IMG/VR virus record: IMGVR_UViG_3300031784_000006
From: a virus
Taxonomy: Duplodnaviria > Caudoviricetes
Direction: 5' to 3' (one strand)
Length of the DNA: 64,000 nt
Shown here: positions 34,664 through 43,506 of the stretch, in pieces
Layout of the letters: each line of letters opens with the position of its first letter
Position numbering within the stretch: the first letter of the stretch is position 1
Program-made: the position numbers and the translations under genes
The notes under the pieces: generated by a model
What the model saw: only the letters and a program-made list of their open reading frames with translations
The model's database searches: none
Told to the model about the DNA's origin: nothing

Positions 34664-34816
34664 TAAAATTAATTGAACTCTACATCCGTATAGAAAGGGG
34701 GTACACCCTTTTCTCAAAGGGCACTTTCCACGGCTCTAATTTTCATTCAAAGTCTCATTACGAAGAAACCCACCTTAGGTGGGTTATAAGCATTATAAGT
34801 TTTTATTTAGATTTTG

Positions 34817-34990
34817 TCAATCTTCTGGTTCTAGGGAAACAATTTCCAATTCATCAGTTTCTGGTTCAATCCACTCATAGAACTCAGCAAGAATAGCACG
34901 AGCATCCTCTTTATCTACATCCATATTCGCAGCACGATCAAGGGACCAAGACCTTACATGAGCGACAATATCTTCAGTCGTTGCGTTCAT
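34817..34990 (-). CDS. hypothetical protein (start MNATTE)
   Basis: Shortened to minimise overlap. Confidence 0.5.
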   Translation of the reverse strand: MNATTEDIVAHVRSWSLDRAANMDVDKEDARAILAEFYEWIEPETDELEIVSLEPED

Positions 34991-35417
34991 AATAGTCCTT
35001 TCGGAAGTACCTGTTGAGGATGTTGCTATTGTAGTACCTTGGGATTCCACTGTCAAGGGATTCTGTAAGGACATTGTTGAAGAAGAGTTGTCTTGTTTCT
35101 TCGAAGTTAGTTTTGCCCTTTGTTTTATGTAATGATAAAATAGTGCGCGTAAAATTCTCCCTACCATATTTGTCTACATCTTCTTTGAGTTCTGGGCATG
35201 ATCCGTAATATTTTTTCCAATCAGACTCTGATTTAACTTTTCTAGATTTTCCCTTCGGTGTGCGGAAACTCCAGAAATATTTTCTACCAATATAGTCCCT
35301 ATTAGTTTTGTTGCAATGAATATGGTATACAAAACCAAAATAATCTTGAATATCACTTGAACCAAACACCTTTCCATTGTAGGTCCAAGGATTTTCATAG
35401 TCAATATCTGTACTCAT
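34974..35417 (-). CDS. GIY-YIG (Seg-like) nuclease family protein
   Basis: FGFVY...YIGRK...YYGS. Confidence 0.75.
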   Translation of the reverse strand: MSTDIDYENPWTYNGKVFGSSDIQDYFGFVYHIHCNKTNRDYIGRKYFWSFRTPKGKSRKVKSESDWKKYYGSCPELKEDVDKYGRENFTRTILSLHKTKGKTNFEETRQLFFNNVLTESLDSGIPRYYNSNILNRYFRKDYYERND

Positions 35418-35770
35418 CAATAATATCAAGAACTTCGTTCAGATATTTATTGGCAAGACCCTTCATATCCATTTCGGGTCTAATATGATCTTTGTGAAGA
35501 TTATTTTTTAACTTTAAGACTCTAACTTTAATTTCTTCTTTAGTCAGTTGATTTTTGGGCATAAAAAAAGAGGAGTGTGATCTCCCCCTATCTATATGAG
35601 ATTAGTTATTTGTGCCTAACCATTCTTTACAATAGTCATAGTCACCAAACATAAACTCATCACATTCTGCTGCTTGTTTATATGCGTTCAGGATTTCCTG
35701 TTCGCACCATTCATCATAGTTTGAATCCTGAGAAAGTATTTTTGGTAACATAACAAATCAAAAAAACAAA

Positions 35771-36175
35771 TTAACCGATAATGGAGTCTCTCCACTCTTC
35801 ACTCATATTCACCATAATTGCTTCTGCTGCTTCTGGGGTTTCAGCATATCCTTCATCAAGTAAATGTGAAAGGATGATGTCGTAGTAATCATAATTTTCA
35901 TTTTTTTGTGCTGACTTCAGTGCTCCCATCATTTTTCTTACTTCTCCAGTTTTCTTGGCAGCACTTTGTTTTAATTTATCTCGGATACCTTTTGGCATAA
36001 ATCCTGATCCAGAAGCACTAATCTCCGTTGATATACTATGAGCTCTTTTTCCAATTTGTCTGCCAATTCTAGTTCTTCTTTCTTTATCTAATGGCATTTT
36101 ACCCTCATCAAGTTGCTGATTTTCAACAACTTCCATATATGCTTCTTGAAGACTACGAAAATCTTGTGCGTCCAT
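35771..36175 (-). CDS. modular hypothetical protein (LQEAY...HLLDEGYAET module)
   Basis: Shares modules with 48661-49680. Confidence 0.7.
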   Translation of the reverse strand: MDAQDFRSLQEAYMEVVENQQLDEGKMPLDKERRTRIGRQIGKRAHSISTEISASGSGFMPKGIRDKLKQSAAKKTGEVRKMMGALKSAQKNENYDYYDIILSHLLDEGYAETPEAAEAIMVNMSEEWRDSIIG

Positions 36176-36213
36176 TTTTACGAATACTTTTTAGGTATTT
36201 ATATTGTTTTGAT

Positions 36214-36420
36214 TTAAAAAGGTAAGTCTCTTCTTTTTACTTTATCTCTCATTGCTCTATATCTTTCATCGTGCCTAACTTCTGCTTCAATATCACCACT
36301 TTGAGATGCTTTCTTTGCCGACTTTTTAGCAGCAGTCATTTGTTTTTTAATTCTATTTTCCTTTTCTCTACTCATTCCTTGGTAGGACATTTCAAAAATA
36401 AACTCCCTAAAAGTTTTCAT
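36214..36420 (-). CDS. hypothetical protein (MKTFREF family)
   Basis: ORF track. Confidence 0.6.
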   Translation of the reverse strand: MKTFREFIFEMSYQGMSREKENRIKKQMTAAKKSAKKASQSGDIEAEVRHDERYRAMRDKVKRRDLPF

Positions 36421-36435
36421 TTGTATTGATTATTT

Positions 36436-36954
36436 TTAGGTATTTATGATAGTCCAACCTTTTGTATTCTTACTTTTCTTTCCCAAAACCGCATCATAAG
36501 TTATTCCTATTTCCTTACAGAACTTCTTAACACCACCTTCTATAATATGTTTTTTACCCTCTGGAGAAATAAAGATATATTTTTTTGCTTTTGGATTATT
36601 TTTACCAGAAACTTTTAATGAGGTTTTCTTTTTACTTTCTTCACTATGTTTTCTACCACTAAATCCCTTCGTTTTTTGTCCTCCTGGTTTTCCTTCTCCA
36701 CCAAGATTTTGATTTAATAAAACTCCTCCATCACATTCTCTTTTCCAGAGTGCTATGTGTTTTATTTCAAGTTCTATTGCTTCTTCTTTAGTTAATCCAG
36801 ATTTTACAATCCACCTTCTTTCTCTTGATGGTAATAAATTTGCTCCATTACTCCTCAAATGTTTTGCGTGTATTCTTCTTGGTTTTCCATAACCAACATA
36901 AAAGGGAGAACTAAAGTCCTCCCTTAAGTAATAGTAAAGAATATAGTTATTCAT
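36436..36954 (-). CDS. GIY-YIG-like/NUMOD3 homing endonuclease downstream of nrdB
   Basis: YILYYY...FYVGYG; LLNQNLGGEG; GRKHSEESKKK. Confidence 0.8.
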   Translation of the reverse strand: MNNYILYYYLREDFSSPFYVGYGKPRRIHAKHLRSNGANLLPSRERRWIVKSGLTKEEAIELEIKHIALWKRECDGGVLLNQNLGGEGKPGGQKTKGFSGRKHSEESKKKTSLKVSGKNNPKAKKYIFISPEGKKHIIEGGVKKFCKEIGITYDAVLGKKSKNTKGWTIINT

Positions 36955-37010
36955 TTTAAGACTGAAGTTGAGTTATATTTATTTATACAACATTCAACTT
37001 CAGTCTTAAA
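36955..37010 (-). promoter_or_regulatory. 17-bp translational-repression hairpin with a late promoter in its loop
   Basis: TTTAAGACTGAAGTTGA/TCAACTTCAGTCTTAAA; TATAAATA at 36980-36987. Confidence 0.8.
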
Positions 37011-38198
37011 TCATAGTTTAAATCCACTAAATGTGTCTTTTTTCATATCTTGCTTCAAACCACCTACAATATATGTTTCCTGCTCCGTTTCCTGGGGTGC
37101 CACCTGAAGACCTTTAGAGGAGATCCAGTGCTGAGTCCAAGGTAGTGGATTATTGTTTGCTGAAATATCGTATTGGGGCTTTAACCCAATTGCTTTAAGT
37201 CTTCTATTTGCAATCCATTCTACGTACTGTTGAAGAAGTTTGTCGTTTAGTCCAATCATGCTGCCATCTTTGAACAGATAATCTGCCCATTTCTTTTCTT
37301 CGTTTACAGCACGATCAAACATTTTATACGTCCACTCTTCTTCCTCTTTCATAATCTTTTGCATTTCAGGATCATCACCTTCCCTCCACTTATTCAGAAT
37401 ATTCTGAGTAAGTGCTAGGTGTTGATTTTCGTCTCTTGCAATAAGAGAGATAATCTTAGCGGATCCTTCCATGAGTTTAAGTTCGCCAAAGGCGAAACTG
37501 CAAGCAAAACTAACGTAGAAGCGAATACCTTCAAGAATATTAACGTTTGCGACTGCTCGATAGAGTTTTCGTTTAACGTCATTGAGTGTTTCCTTTGCGT
37601 TTGTGACACCTTCAAGTCTATACATCCAATCATTAGATGTACCATAATTTTGTGCTGATTGAATAAAGTCATCATATGACTCTGTGACGGTTTTAGCACG
37701 TTCCAGAATACGCTCATCTCCAATGATAGTATCAAAGACCTCAGAAGGGTCAGAATAGATATTTTTGATGATGTAAGTATATGAGCGACTATGAATCATC
37801 TCCATAAATCCCCATACTTCCATACATGCCTCAAGTTCAGGAAGTGAGCAATAAGGAATGAATGCCATACCAGGACCACGACCTTGAACAGAGTCAAGCA
37901 TAATCTGATACTTCAAATTAGAAGTATAGATATGCTTCTGTTCGGGACGCAGCGTTTGATAATCTCCACGATCCTTCTGAAGAGAGACCTCTTCGGGTCT
38001 CCAGAAGTATCCAAGTTGTTGAGTGGTAAGTTTATCAAAGATTGGGTATTTGTATGAATCATATCTTTGAACCCCAAGGGGTTTTCCAAAAAACATTGGT
38101 TGTTTTTTAGTATCTACTTTTTCAGTATTAAAAACAGTCATTCCTTTAATATTTGTAGTCTCTTCTGTTGAAGAAATTTTAAACTGCACAGGATTCAC
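37011..38198 (-). CDS. nrdB: ribonucleotide reductase class Ia beta subunit
   Basis: FWRPEEV; EMIHSRSY; EGIRFY; RDENQH; VAPQE. Confidence 0.97.
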   Translation of the reverse strand: MNPVQFKISSTEETTNIKGMTVFNTEKVDTKKQPMFFGKPLGVQRYDSYKYPIFDKLTTQQLGYFWRPEEVSLQKDRGDYQTLRPEQKHIYTSNLKYQIMLDSVQGRGPGMAFIPYCSLPELEACMEVWGFMEMIHSRSYTYIIKNIYSDPSEVFDTIIGDERILERAKTVTESYDDFIQSAQNYGTSNDWMYRLEGVTNAKETLNDVKRKLYRAVANVNILEGIRFYVSFACSFAFGELKLMEGSAKIISLIARDENQHLALTQNILNKWREGDDPEMQKIMKEEEEWTYKMFDRAVNEEKKWADYLFKDGSMIGLNDKLLQQYVEWIANRRLKAIGLKPQYDISANNNPLPWTQHWISSKGLQVAPQETEQETYIVGGLKQDMKKDTFSGFKL

Positions 38199-40476
38199 AC
38201 TCTCCCTCCTCTACTGAACTTAACTCACTTAGCAAATCTTGAAGATTGGGTTTTTCTTCTACTACCTCATCAGTCTTAATATCATAAGTATTTTGATAGT
38301 AAGAAGTTTTCCACCCGTACTTGTATGTAGTCAAAAAGTCATTTGCCATAACTGAAACTGGAACTTCATTATCGTCATAATTTTCTGGATTATAACTCCA
38401 GTTACCAGAAATTGCTTGGTCAAAGAACTTTTGCATTACAGCAACAACATTAATATAACCACGATTAGACTTCATATCCCAAAGAAGCGTGTAATTATTC
38501 TTAAGAGATTGATATTGTGGAACAATTTGCTTAAGTGGTCCCTTTTTACTTTTCTTAATGGACAAGAATCCGCGAGGAGGTTCGATTCCATTTGTTGCAT
38601 TTGACACAACGGAACTGCTCTCCGATGGCATCTGTGCGGACAGTGTTGAGTGCCTGAGGCCATGTTCCAAGATAGATGCTCTAAGAGTTTCCCAATCATG
38701 CTGAAGGTCAATAGATGAAATTTCGTCTACATCTTTTTTATAAGTATCGATTGGAAGAATTCCATCAGCATACTTAGTACGTCCAAAATATTCACAATAT
38801 CCCTTTTCTTTAGCAAGTTGATTAGATGCCTTTAGAAGATAATATTGGAATGATTCAGAAAGTCCATGAACAGCGTCCCATGCTTCCTGAGAATCATAAT
38901 TGAATCCAAGTTTAGCTAAATAATGAGCAAGACCAATAAACCCTACACCAAGAGAACGACGTGCCTTAGTGGCGATTTCTGCCGCCTCTACGGGGTATTT
39001 CTGATAGTCAATCAACTCATCAAGTCCACGGACAGAAAGATCACAAAGTTCCTCAAGTTCTTCATCAGACTTTACCTTTCCAACATTAATAGCAGAAAGA
39101 ATGCAAAGTGCAATCTCTCCCATATTATCATCAATGTGCTGAATAGGATCTGTAGGTAGAGTAATCTCTTGACAGAGATTACTCATGTTTACCTTATCCT
39201 TAAATGATGAGTGAGAATTGCAATGGTCAATGTTCATAATGTAGACACGACCCGTTTCTGCACGTTCCTTAAGAAGACTAAGGATGAGTTCTTGTGCTTT
39301 AATAGTTTTTTTCTTAATGGACGGATCGTTTTCATATTGTAGGTAGAGATTCTCAAACTCAGGGAGTCCAAAGCTATCATAAAGTCCAGGGACATCATGT
39401 GGAGAGAAAAGCGTGATCTCACCGTCTTGAATAAATCTTTCATAGAACAACTTGCTAATTTGGATGGAATAATCAAGTTTACGAACACGATTATCTTCCG
39501 TTCCCTTATTATTCTTGAGGACTAGAATATCTTCTATTTCTTGGTGCCAGATTGGGAAGTGGACTGTCGCGGATCCACCTCGTATGCCATTTTGCGTGCA
39601 ACATCTGACAGTTGCTTCAAACTTCTTGAGAAATGGTACAACACCCGTGTGTTGAACTTCTCCCCCTCGGATTTTGCTGTTGATGCCACGGATCCTACCA
39701 GCGTTGATGCCGATTCCCGCCCTCTGTGCAACGTATCGACCAATAGCCATATCACTGCTAAAGATAGAATCGAGGGTGTCATCAACATCAACAAGAACAC
39801 AACTAGCAAATTGTCTAAGTGGCGTTCTAACTCCTGCCATGATGGGGGTTGGAATGTTGATTTTGTGTTTTGAGATTGCGTCATAATACTTCTTTACATA
39901 GGAAAGACGTGTTTCTTTAGGATACTCTGCAAAGATAGTCAGAGCAATCATCATGTACATAAATTGTGGAGTTTCATATACTCCACCACCGCTTCTATCC
40001 TGCACGAGGTACTTGTCAACGACTTGACGTAGACCTGCATAAGTGAAAAGATAGTCACGGTCATGATCAATAAAACTATTAACTTTTGCAATCTCTTCCT
40101 GAGAATACTTGTTAAAGACATCATTATCATAAACTTCATGATTAACACACTGATAAATGTGTTGTTCTAAGGTGGGAAGTTCTTTCATCTTCCCATATAG
40201 TTGCTTACGAACAGCAAAGAGAAGTAACCTTGCGGCAACATATTGGTAGTTTGGGTGGTCCAGATCAATCAAATCTGAAGCAGAACGAATCAGAATCTCT
40301 TGAATTTCTGCAGTGGTAATTCCGTCATAAAATTGAATACCAGAGGTCATTTCAACTTGACTTGCAGAAACTCCTGCAAGACCATTACATGCCTCTTCAA
40401 CCATCAAATGCATTTTGTCTAGGTCAAGAGATTCAATTCGACCATCGCGCTTTTTAACCTTTGTACCATTGCTCAT
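38179..40476 (-). CDS. nrdA: ribonucleotide reductase class Ia alpha subunit
   Basis: ATP cone; PTPIMAG; SNLCQEI; MPSESSS; no intein-size insertion. Confidence 0.97.
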   Translation of the reverse strand: MSNGTKVKKRDGRIESLDLDKMHLMVEEACNGLAGVSASQVEMTSGIQFYDGITTAEIQEILIRSASDLIDLDHPNYQYVAARLLLFAVRKQLYGKMKELPTLEQHIYQCVNHEVYDNDVFNKYSQEEIAKVNSFIDHDRDYLFTYAGLRQVVDKYLVQDRSGGGVYETPQFMYMMIALTIFAEYPKETRLSYVKKYYDAISKHKINIPTPIMAGVRTPLRQFASCVLVDVDDTLDSIFSSDMAIGRYVAQRAGIGINAGRIRGINSKIRGGEVQHTGVVPFLKKFEATVRCCTQNGIRGGSATVHFPIWHQEIEDILVLKNNKGTEDNRVRKLDYSIQISKLFYERFIQDGEITLFSPHDVPGLYDSFGLPEFENLYLQYENDPSIKKKTIKAQELILSLLKERAETGRVYIMNIDHCNSHSSFKDKVNMSNLCQEITLPTDPIQHIDDNMGEIALCILSAINVGKVKSDEELEELCDLSVRGLDELIDYQKYPVEAAEIATKARRSLGVGFIGLAHYLAKLGFNYDSQEAWDAVHGLSESFQYYLLKASNQLAKEKGYCEYFGRTKYADGILPIDTYKKDVDEISSIDLQHDWETLRASILEHGLRHSTLSAQMPSESSSVVSNATNGIEPPRGFLSIKKSKKGPLKQIVPQYQSLKNNYTLLWDMKSNRGYINVVAVMQKFFDQAISGNWSYNPENYDDNEVPVSVMANDFLTTYKYGWKTSYYQNTYDIKTDEVVEEKPNLQDLLSELSSVEEGECESCAV

Positions 40477-41441
40477 ATTTTCTTCCAGGTAGTAAATTTA
40501 AGTTTTGCTTCTAAACCAGAGTAAGTATTAGATTCTATCACAGATTGAACATCAAGTCCAGATAATGTCATTTCATTAATGTCCTTTTCTTTTATTGTTG
40601 AAGGCCAGATAACAACTTTTTGTCCGTCTCCGATAACACGGGAAATTCTTGATAGGATTTCTGGATTACGTGGTTCGTTATCGTATATCCAAACACAATC
40701 GCAAATACCCCACTTAGTAACATCACCATCAGCTCCACAAAGAGCAATCGCGTTGCGAATGAAGGAAGAATCAAATGGACCTTCTGTAATGTAGACAGTT
40801 TCACTTTTTTGGACTTCATCGAGACCATAAATTTTTGGTGCATCATCGTTGAGCATTACTGTAATGTATTTTACCTTACTGGGACCAAGTGCTCTACCCT
40901 GAAATCCGACTAAAGTATTTTGATAAAACAAGGGTATTATAATCCTTGGTTCATCTTTATCTGTATTGTCGAATGTTAGTTGAAGAGAATTAGTCCACTC
41001 CTTGAATTTTTCGGCGTAATAATAGTTATCTGGGTTTAATTTTCTACTTTCCAAATAACTTTTTGCATTGGGATTTGTTGACGCTTTAGGCAAATCCAAT
41101 TTTTGTTTGAATTTTGGCGTCTCAAATTGAAATACTGGTTCTTCTACTGAAAAATTTTTTCCAGTATGACCTTCTTTAAATTTTTCAAAAGTATACTGCT
41201 TATGAATTGTAGTATCAATTTGTTTTAAAAAATTATTAAAGGATACATTAACACCACAATTATGGCACTTAAAATTTGTATTATTTTTTACTTGATAAAG
41301 ATATCCCCTTGCCTTATTCTTATTCTTTTGGGAATCTCCACAAATCGGACAACGAAAATTATACAGATTATTTTTTACCTTTTTAAACTTTTGAAATCTG
41401 GAAGAAATCAAATTGATGTATTTAACATCAACAAAATCCAT
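40473..41441 (-). CDS. gp61: DNA primase (T4 gp61)
   Basis: FRCPICGDS Zn finger; ITEGPFDS; WIYDNEPRN. Confidence 0.95.
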   Translation of the reverse strand: MDFVDVKYINLISSRFQKFKKVKNNLYNFRCPICGDSQKNKNKARGYLYQVKNNTNFKCHNCGVNVSFNNFLKQIDTTIHKQYTFEKFKEGHTGKNFSVEEPVFQFETPKFKQKLDLPKASTNPNAKSYLESRKLNPDNYYYAEKFKEWTNSLQLTFDNTDKDEPRIIIPLFYQNTLVGFQGRALGPSKVKYITVMLNDDAPKIYGLDEVQKSETVYITEGPFDSSFIRNAIALCGADGDVTKWGICDCVWIYDNEPRNPEILSRISRVIGDGQKVVIWPSTIKEKDINEMTLSGLDVQSVIESNTYSGLEAKLKFTTWKKI

Positions 41442-41607
41442 GACAATACATTGAGGAGTCTACTTATTCTACCAGACTACTGGGTTTTGTCAATACACAA
41501 AACCGTCATAATTGCAGTCCACTTTATAACTGAATTTGTAATTTTTTGCAGTGAATAAATCGTTGTCTTATTTTTAGTTTTCACTGGCATCTTGTGCCAA
41601 CACTCAA

Positions 41608-41955
41608 TTATTTATTTCTTACTTGTTCTGATAATGAATTTACAGAAGAAGTTATAAAATCTGTTACAACTGGGACAAATAATAAAGCAATTGCAACTAC
41701 GCCCGCTACCATCCATTTAAATTTTGATATTTCATCAACTTTAACTTCCAACTTACCAATTTTCTCATTAATATCTTCATCACTTCTGGCACAGTTAAAA
41801 ATTCTTTCGTCGTGAACCGCAAGCATCTTACAAATGTTCTGATTAGTCTCACTTAAGGTTTGAATGGCAGCATCTACACGCTCTACCATTTCTTCATGAA
41901 TTTTCACTCTTTCTTCAAGAACAGCAACCTTAATTTTTGAGTCTTGACCGAACAT
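41608..41955 (-). CDS. coiled-coil protein with C-terminal TM
   Basis: ORF track; composition. Confidence 0.65.
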   Translation of the reverse strand: MFGQDSKIKVAVLEERVKIHEEMVERVDAAIQTLSETNQNICKMLAVHDERIFNCARSDEDINEKIGKLEVKVDEISKFKWMVAGVVAIALLFVPVVTDFITSSVNSLSEQVRNK

Positions 41956-41959
41956 TTGT

Positions 41960-42175
41960 TTACTGCGATGGTTTATTTTTCATCCAGCGTTTGCGGGATC
42001 CCGTTCCTAAAGACGCATATTTCTTTCTTCTTGATAATCCCATAACAGGGTCAAATCCAGCGACTGGACCTTTTGAATCTGCAGAACCAGAAAAACCACC
42101 TTGAGCTCCTGGAGCATTGGCAACCATTTGCTCTCTTATTATTGAAATGATTCTATCAATCTTCTTCTTTTCCAT
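41960..42175 (-). CDS. hypothetical protein
   Basis: ORF track. Confidence 0.6.
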   Translation of the reverse strand: MEKKKIDRIISIIREQMVANAPGAQGGFSGSADSKGPVAGFDPVMGLSRRKKYASLGTGSRKRWMKNKPSQ

Positions 42176-42548
42176 TATAGATTTTATAGAGTTCTCCTAG
42201 ACAGTAAAGATCGACTTGAATGTTATGAATACCGGATTTTGGATATTCCGGTAACCTATTCAAAAATATTATAAAAGATTTTAAACAAGGCCAAAGTTCT
42301 TTTTCTATTTTAAAAAACAGCATTGGTGTTGCTGCCTCAGAAAAAATATTATATAGAATAATAAAATGGTTTAAAATCAGGTGAGTTTTAAGTTCACCTG
42401 ATTTTTTATACCTTTTCAAAAGTCTTTTGATATATTTAAAATGATTTAAATCTTTTTCAAAATCTTCTTTAGTTACAGCTTGAGGGTTTTCATAATTTTT
42501 TATAGCAAATAAAATAAAATTATCCTCATTCAAATCATTAAAAATCAT
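42156..42548 (-). CDS. conserved T4-like phage hypothetical protein
   Basis: YENP...F..DL..FKYIKRLL..Y...GEL..HLILNH. Confidence 0.75.
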   Translation of the reverse strand: MIFNDLNEDNFILFAIKNYENPQAVTKEDFEKDLNHFKYIKRLLKRYKKSGELKTHLILNHFIILYNIFSEAATPMLFFKIEKELWPCLKSFIIFLNRLPEYPKSGIHNIQVDLYCLGELYKIYNGKEED

Positions 42549-42554
42549 ATTTTA

Positions 42555-43079
42555 TCAAACAGGCGTTGGATAAAGAATTCCGTCAGCGCCAGTTGTGATT
42601 CCAGACATTGCAACTAATACTTCACTCTTAACTCTGAAGTTTCCATCACAATCAATATAAGTTGTTACACCAACCCAACCCTGATGTGTAAATCCACCAT
42701 ACGTTGAAGGAGCACCATCCGTAGAAATACCATAAACTTGCTTATCAATTACGCCGTAAGATGCTTCACTATAAGTACTATCAAGAACGGTATATTTTGG
42801 AAGCTCGCTAATGTAGAAACTTGTTGCTGCAATAGCGGATCCACTTAGACCAGCAGTTGAAGCAATTGAAAGGGAAGTTGTGCTAGCAATACCAACGATT
42901 ACAGCATCTCCAAAGTAAGTACCACCACTACCACGAATACCAAATCTGATAACATCGCCAGTTGCGGCTGCGCCAACCTGACCGAATGTAGTTGCGGTTC
43001 CGATTACTTCAAGCGTAGTATAATTTAATGATACTGTGCCTCCAGAACCTTTGTTGTCATTATTTCCCCAGAGTGCCAT
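42555..43079 (-). CDS. hypothetical, probable virion protein
   Basis: G/T/S-rich; late promoter upstream. Confidence 0.6.
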   Translation of the reverse strand: MALWGNNDNKGSGGTVSLNYTTLEVIGTATTFGQVGAAATGDVIRFGIRGSGGTYFGDAVIVGIASTTSLSIASTAGLSGSAIAATSFYISELPKYTVLDSTYSEASYGVIDKQVYGISTDGAPSTYGGFTHQGWVGVTTYIDCDGNFRVKSEVLVAMSGITTGADGILYPTPV

Positions 43080-43131
43080 GTTCTTTTCCGTAAAGTTATT
43101 TGCTAAAAATTATTTATAAAAAAAAGAGACC

Positions 43132-43296
43132 TTACTTTTGGTCTCCTTTACGTAAAACAACTCTCAAAAAACTAGTTGTTAAATCAAGTAACCCATTCTC
43201 TTCAAATCTTTTTGTTTTTGCTAACCACTCGGAAGCGGTTAGTAATAGACCAAGAACAATGGTTACTCCCCAGTTAGTTACAAAGCAAGTAATCAT
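43132..43296 (-). CDS. small membrane protein (54 aa)
   Basis: MITCFVTNWGVTIVLGLLL...; translated by hand. Confidence 0.55.
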   Translation of the reverse strand: MITCFVTNWGVTIVLGLLLTASEWLAKTKRFEENGLLDLTTSFLRVVLRKGDQK

Positions 43297-43466
43297 GCTT
43301 GTGGTGTAAAGAGTTTATCCTTAACCAAAGCAACAACTACATCATCAATGGTATTATCAGTTGTCTTTACATATTTCTCAAGAAGCTCAACAACAAGTTT
43401 TTTCACTGCTGGATGAGTTGCAATTGAAATTACAAGTGGTTTTACCACTGCGACTACTGCTCCCAT
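43293..43466 (-). CDS. small hypothetical protein (57 aa)
   Basis: MGAVVAVVKPLV...TDNTIDD; GGAGG RBS. Confidence 0.6.
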   Translation of the reverse strand: MGAVVAVVKPLVISIATHPAVKKLVVELLEKYVKTTDNTIDDVVVALVKDKLFTPQA

Positions 43467-43506
43467 GATGTCCTCCTATACAGGGTATCCATAGATATTT
43501 AGGATT

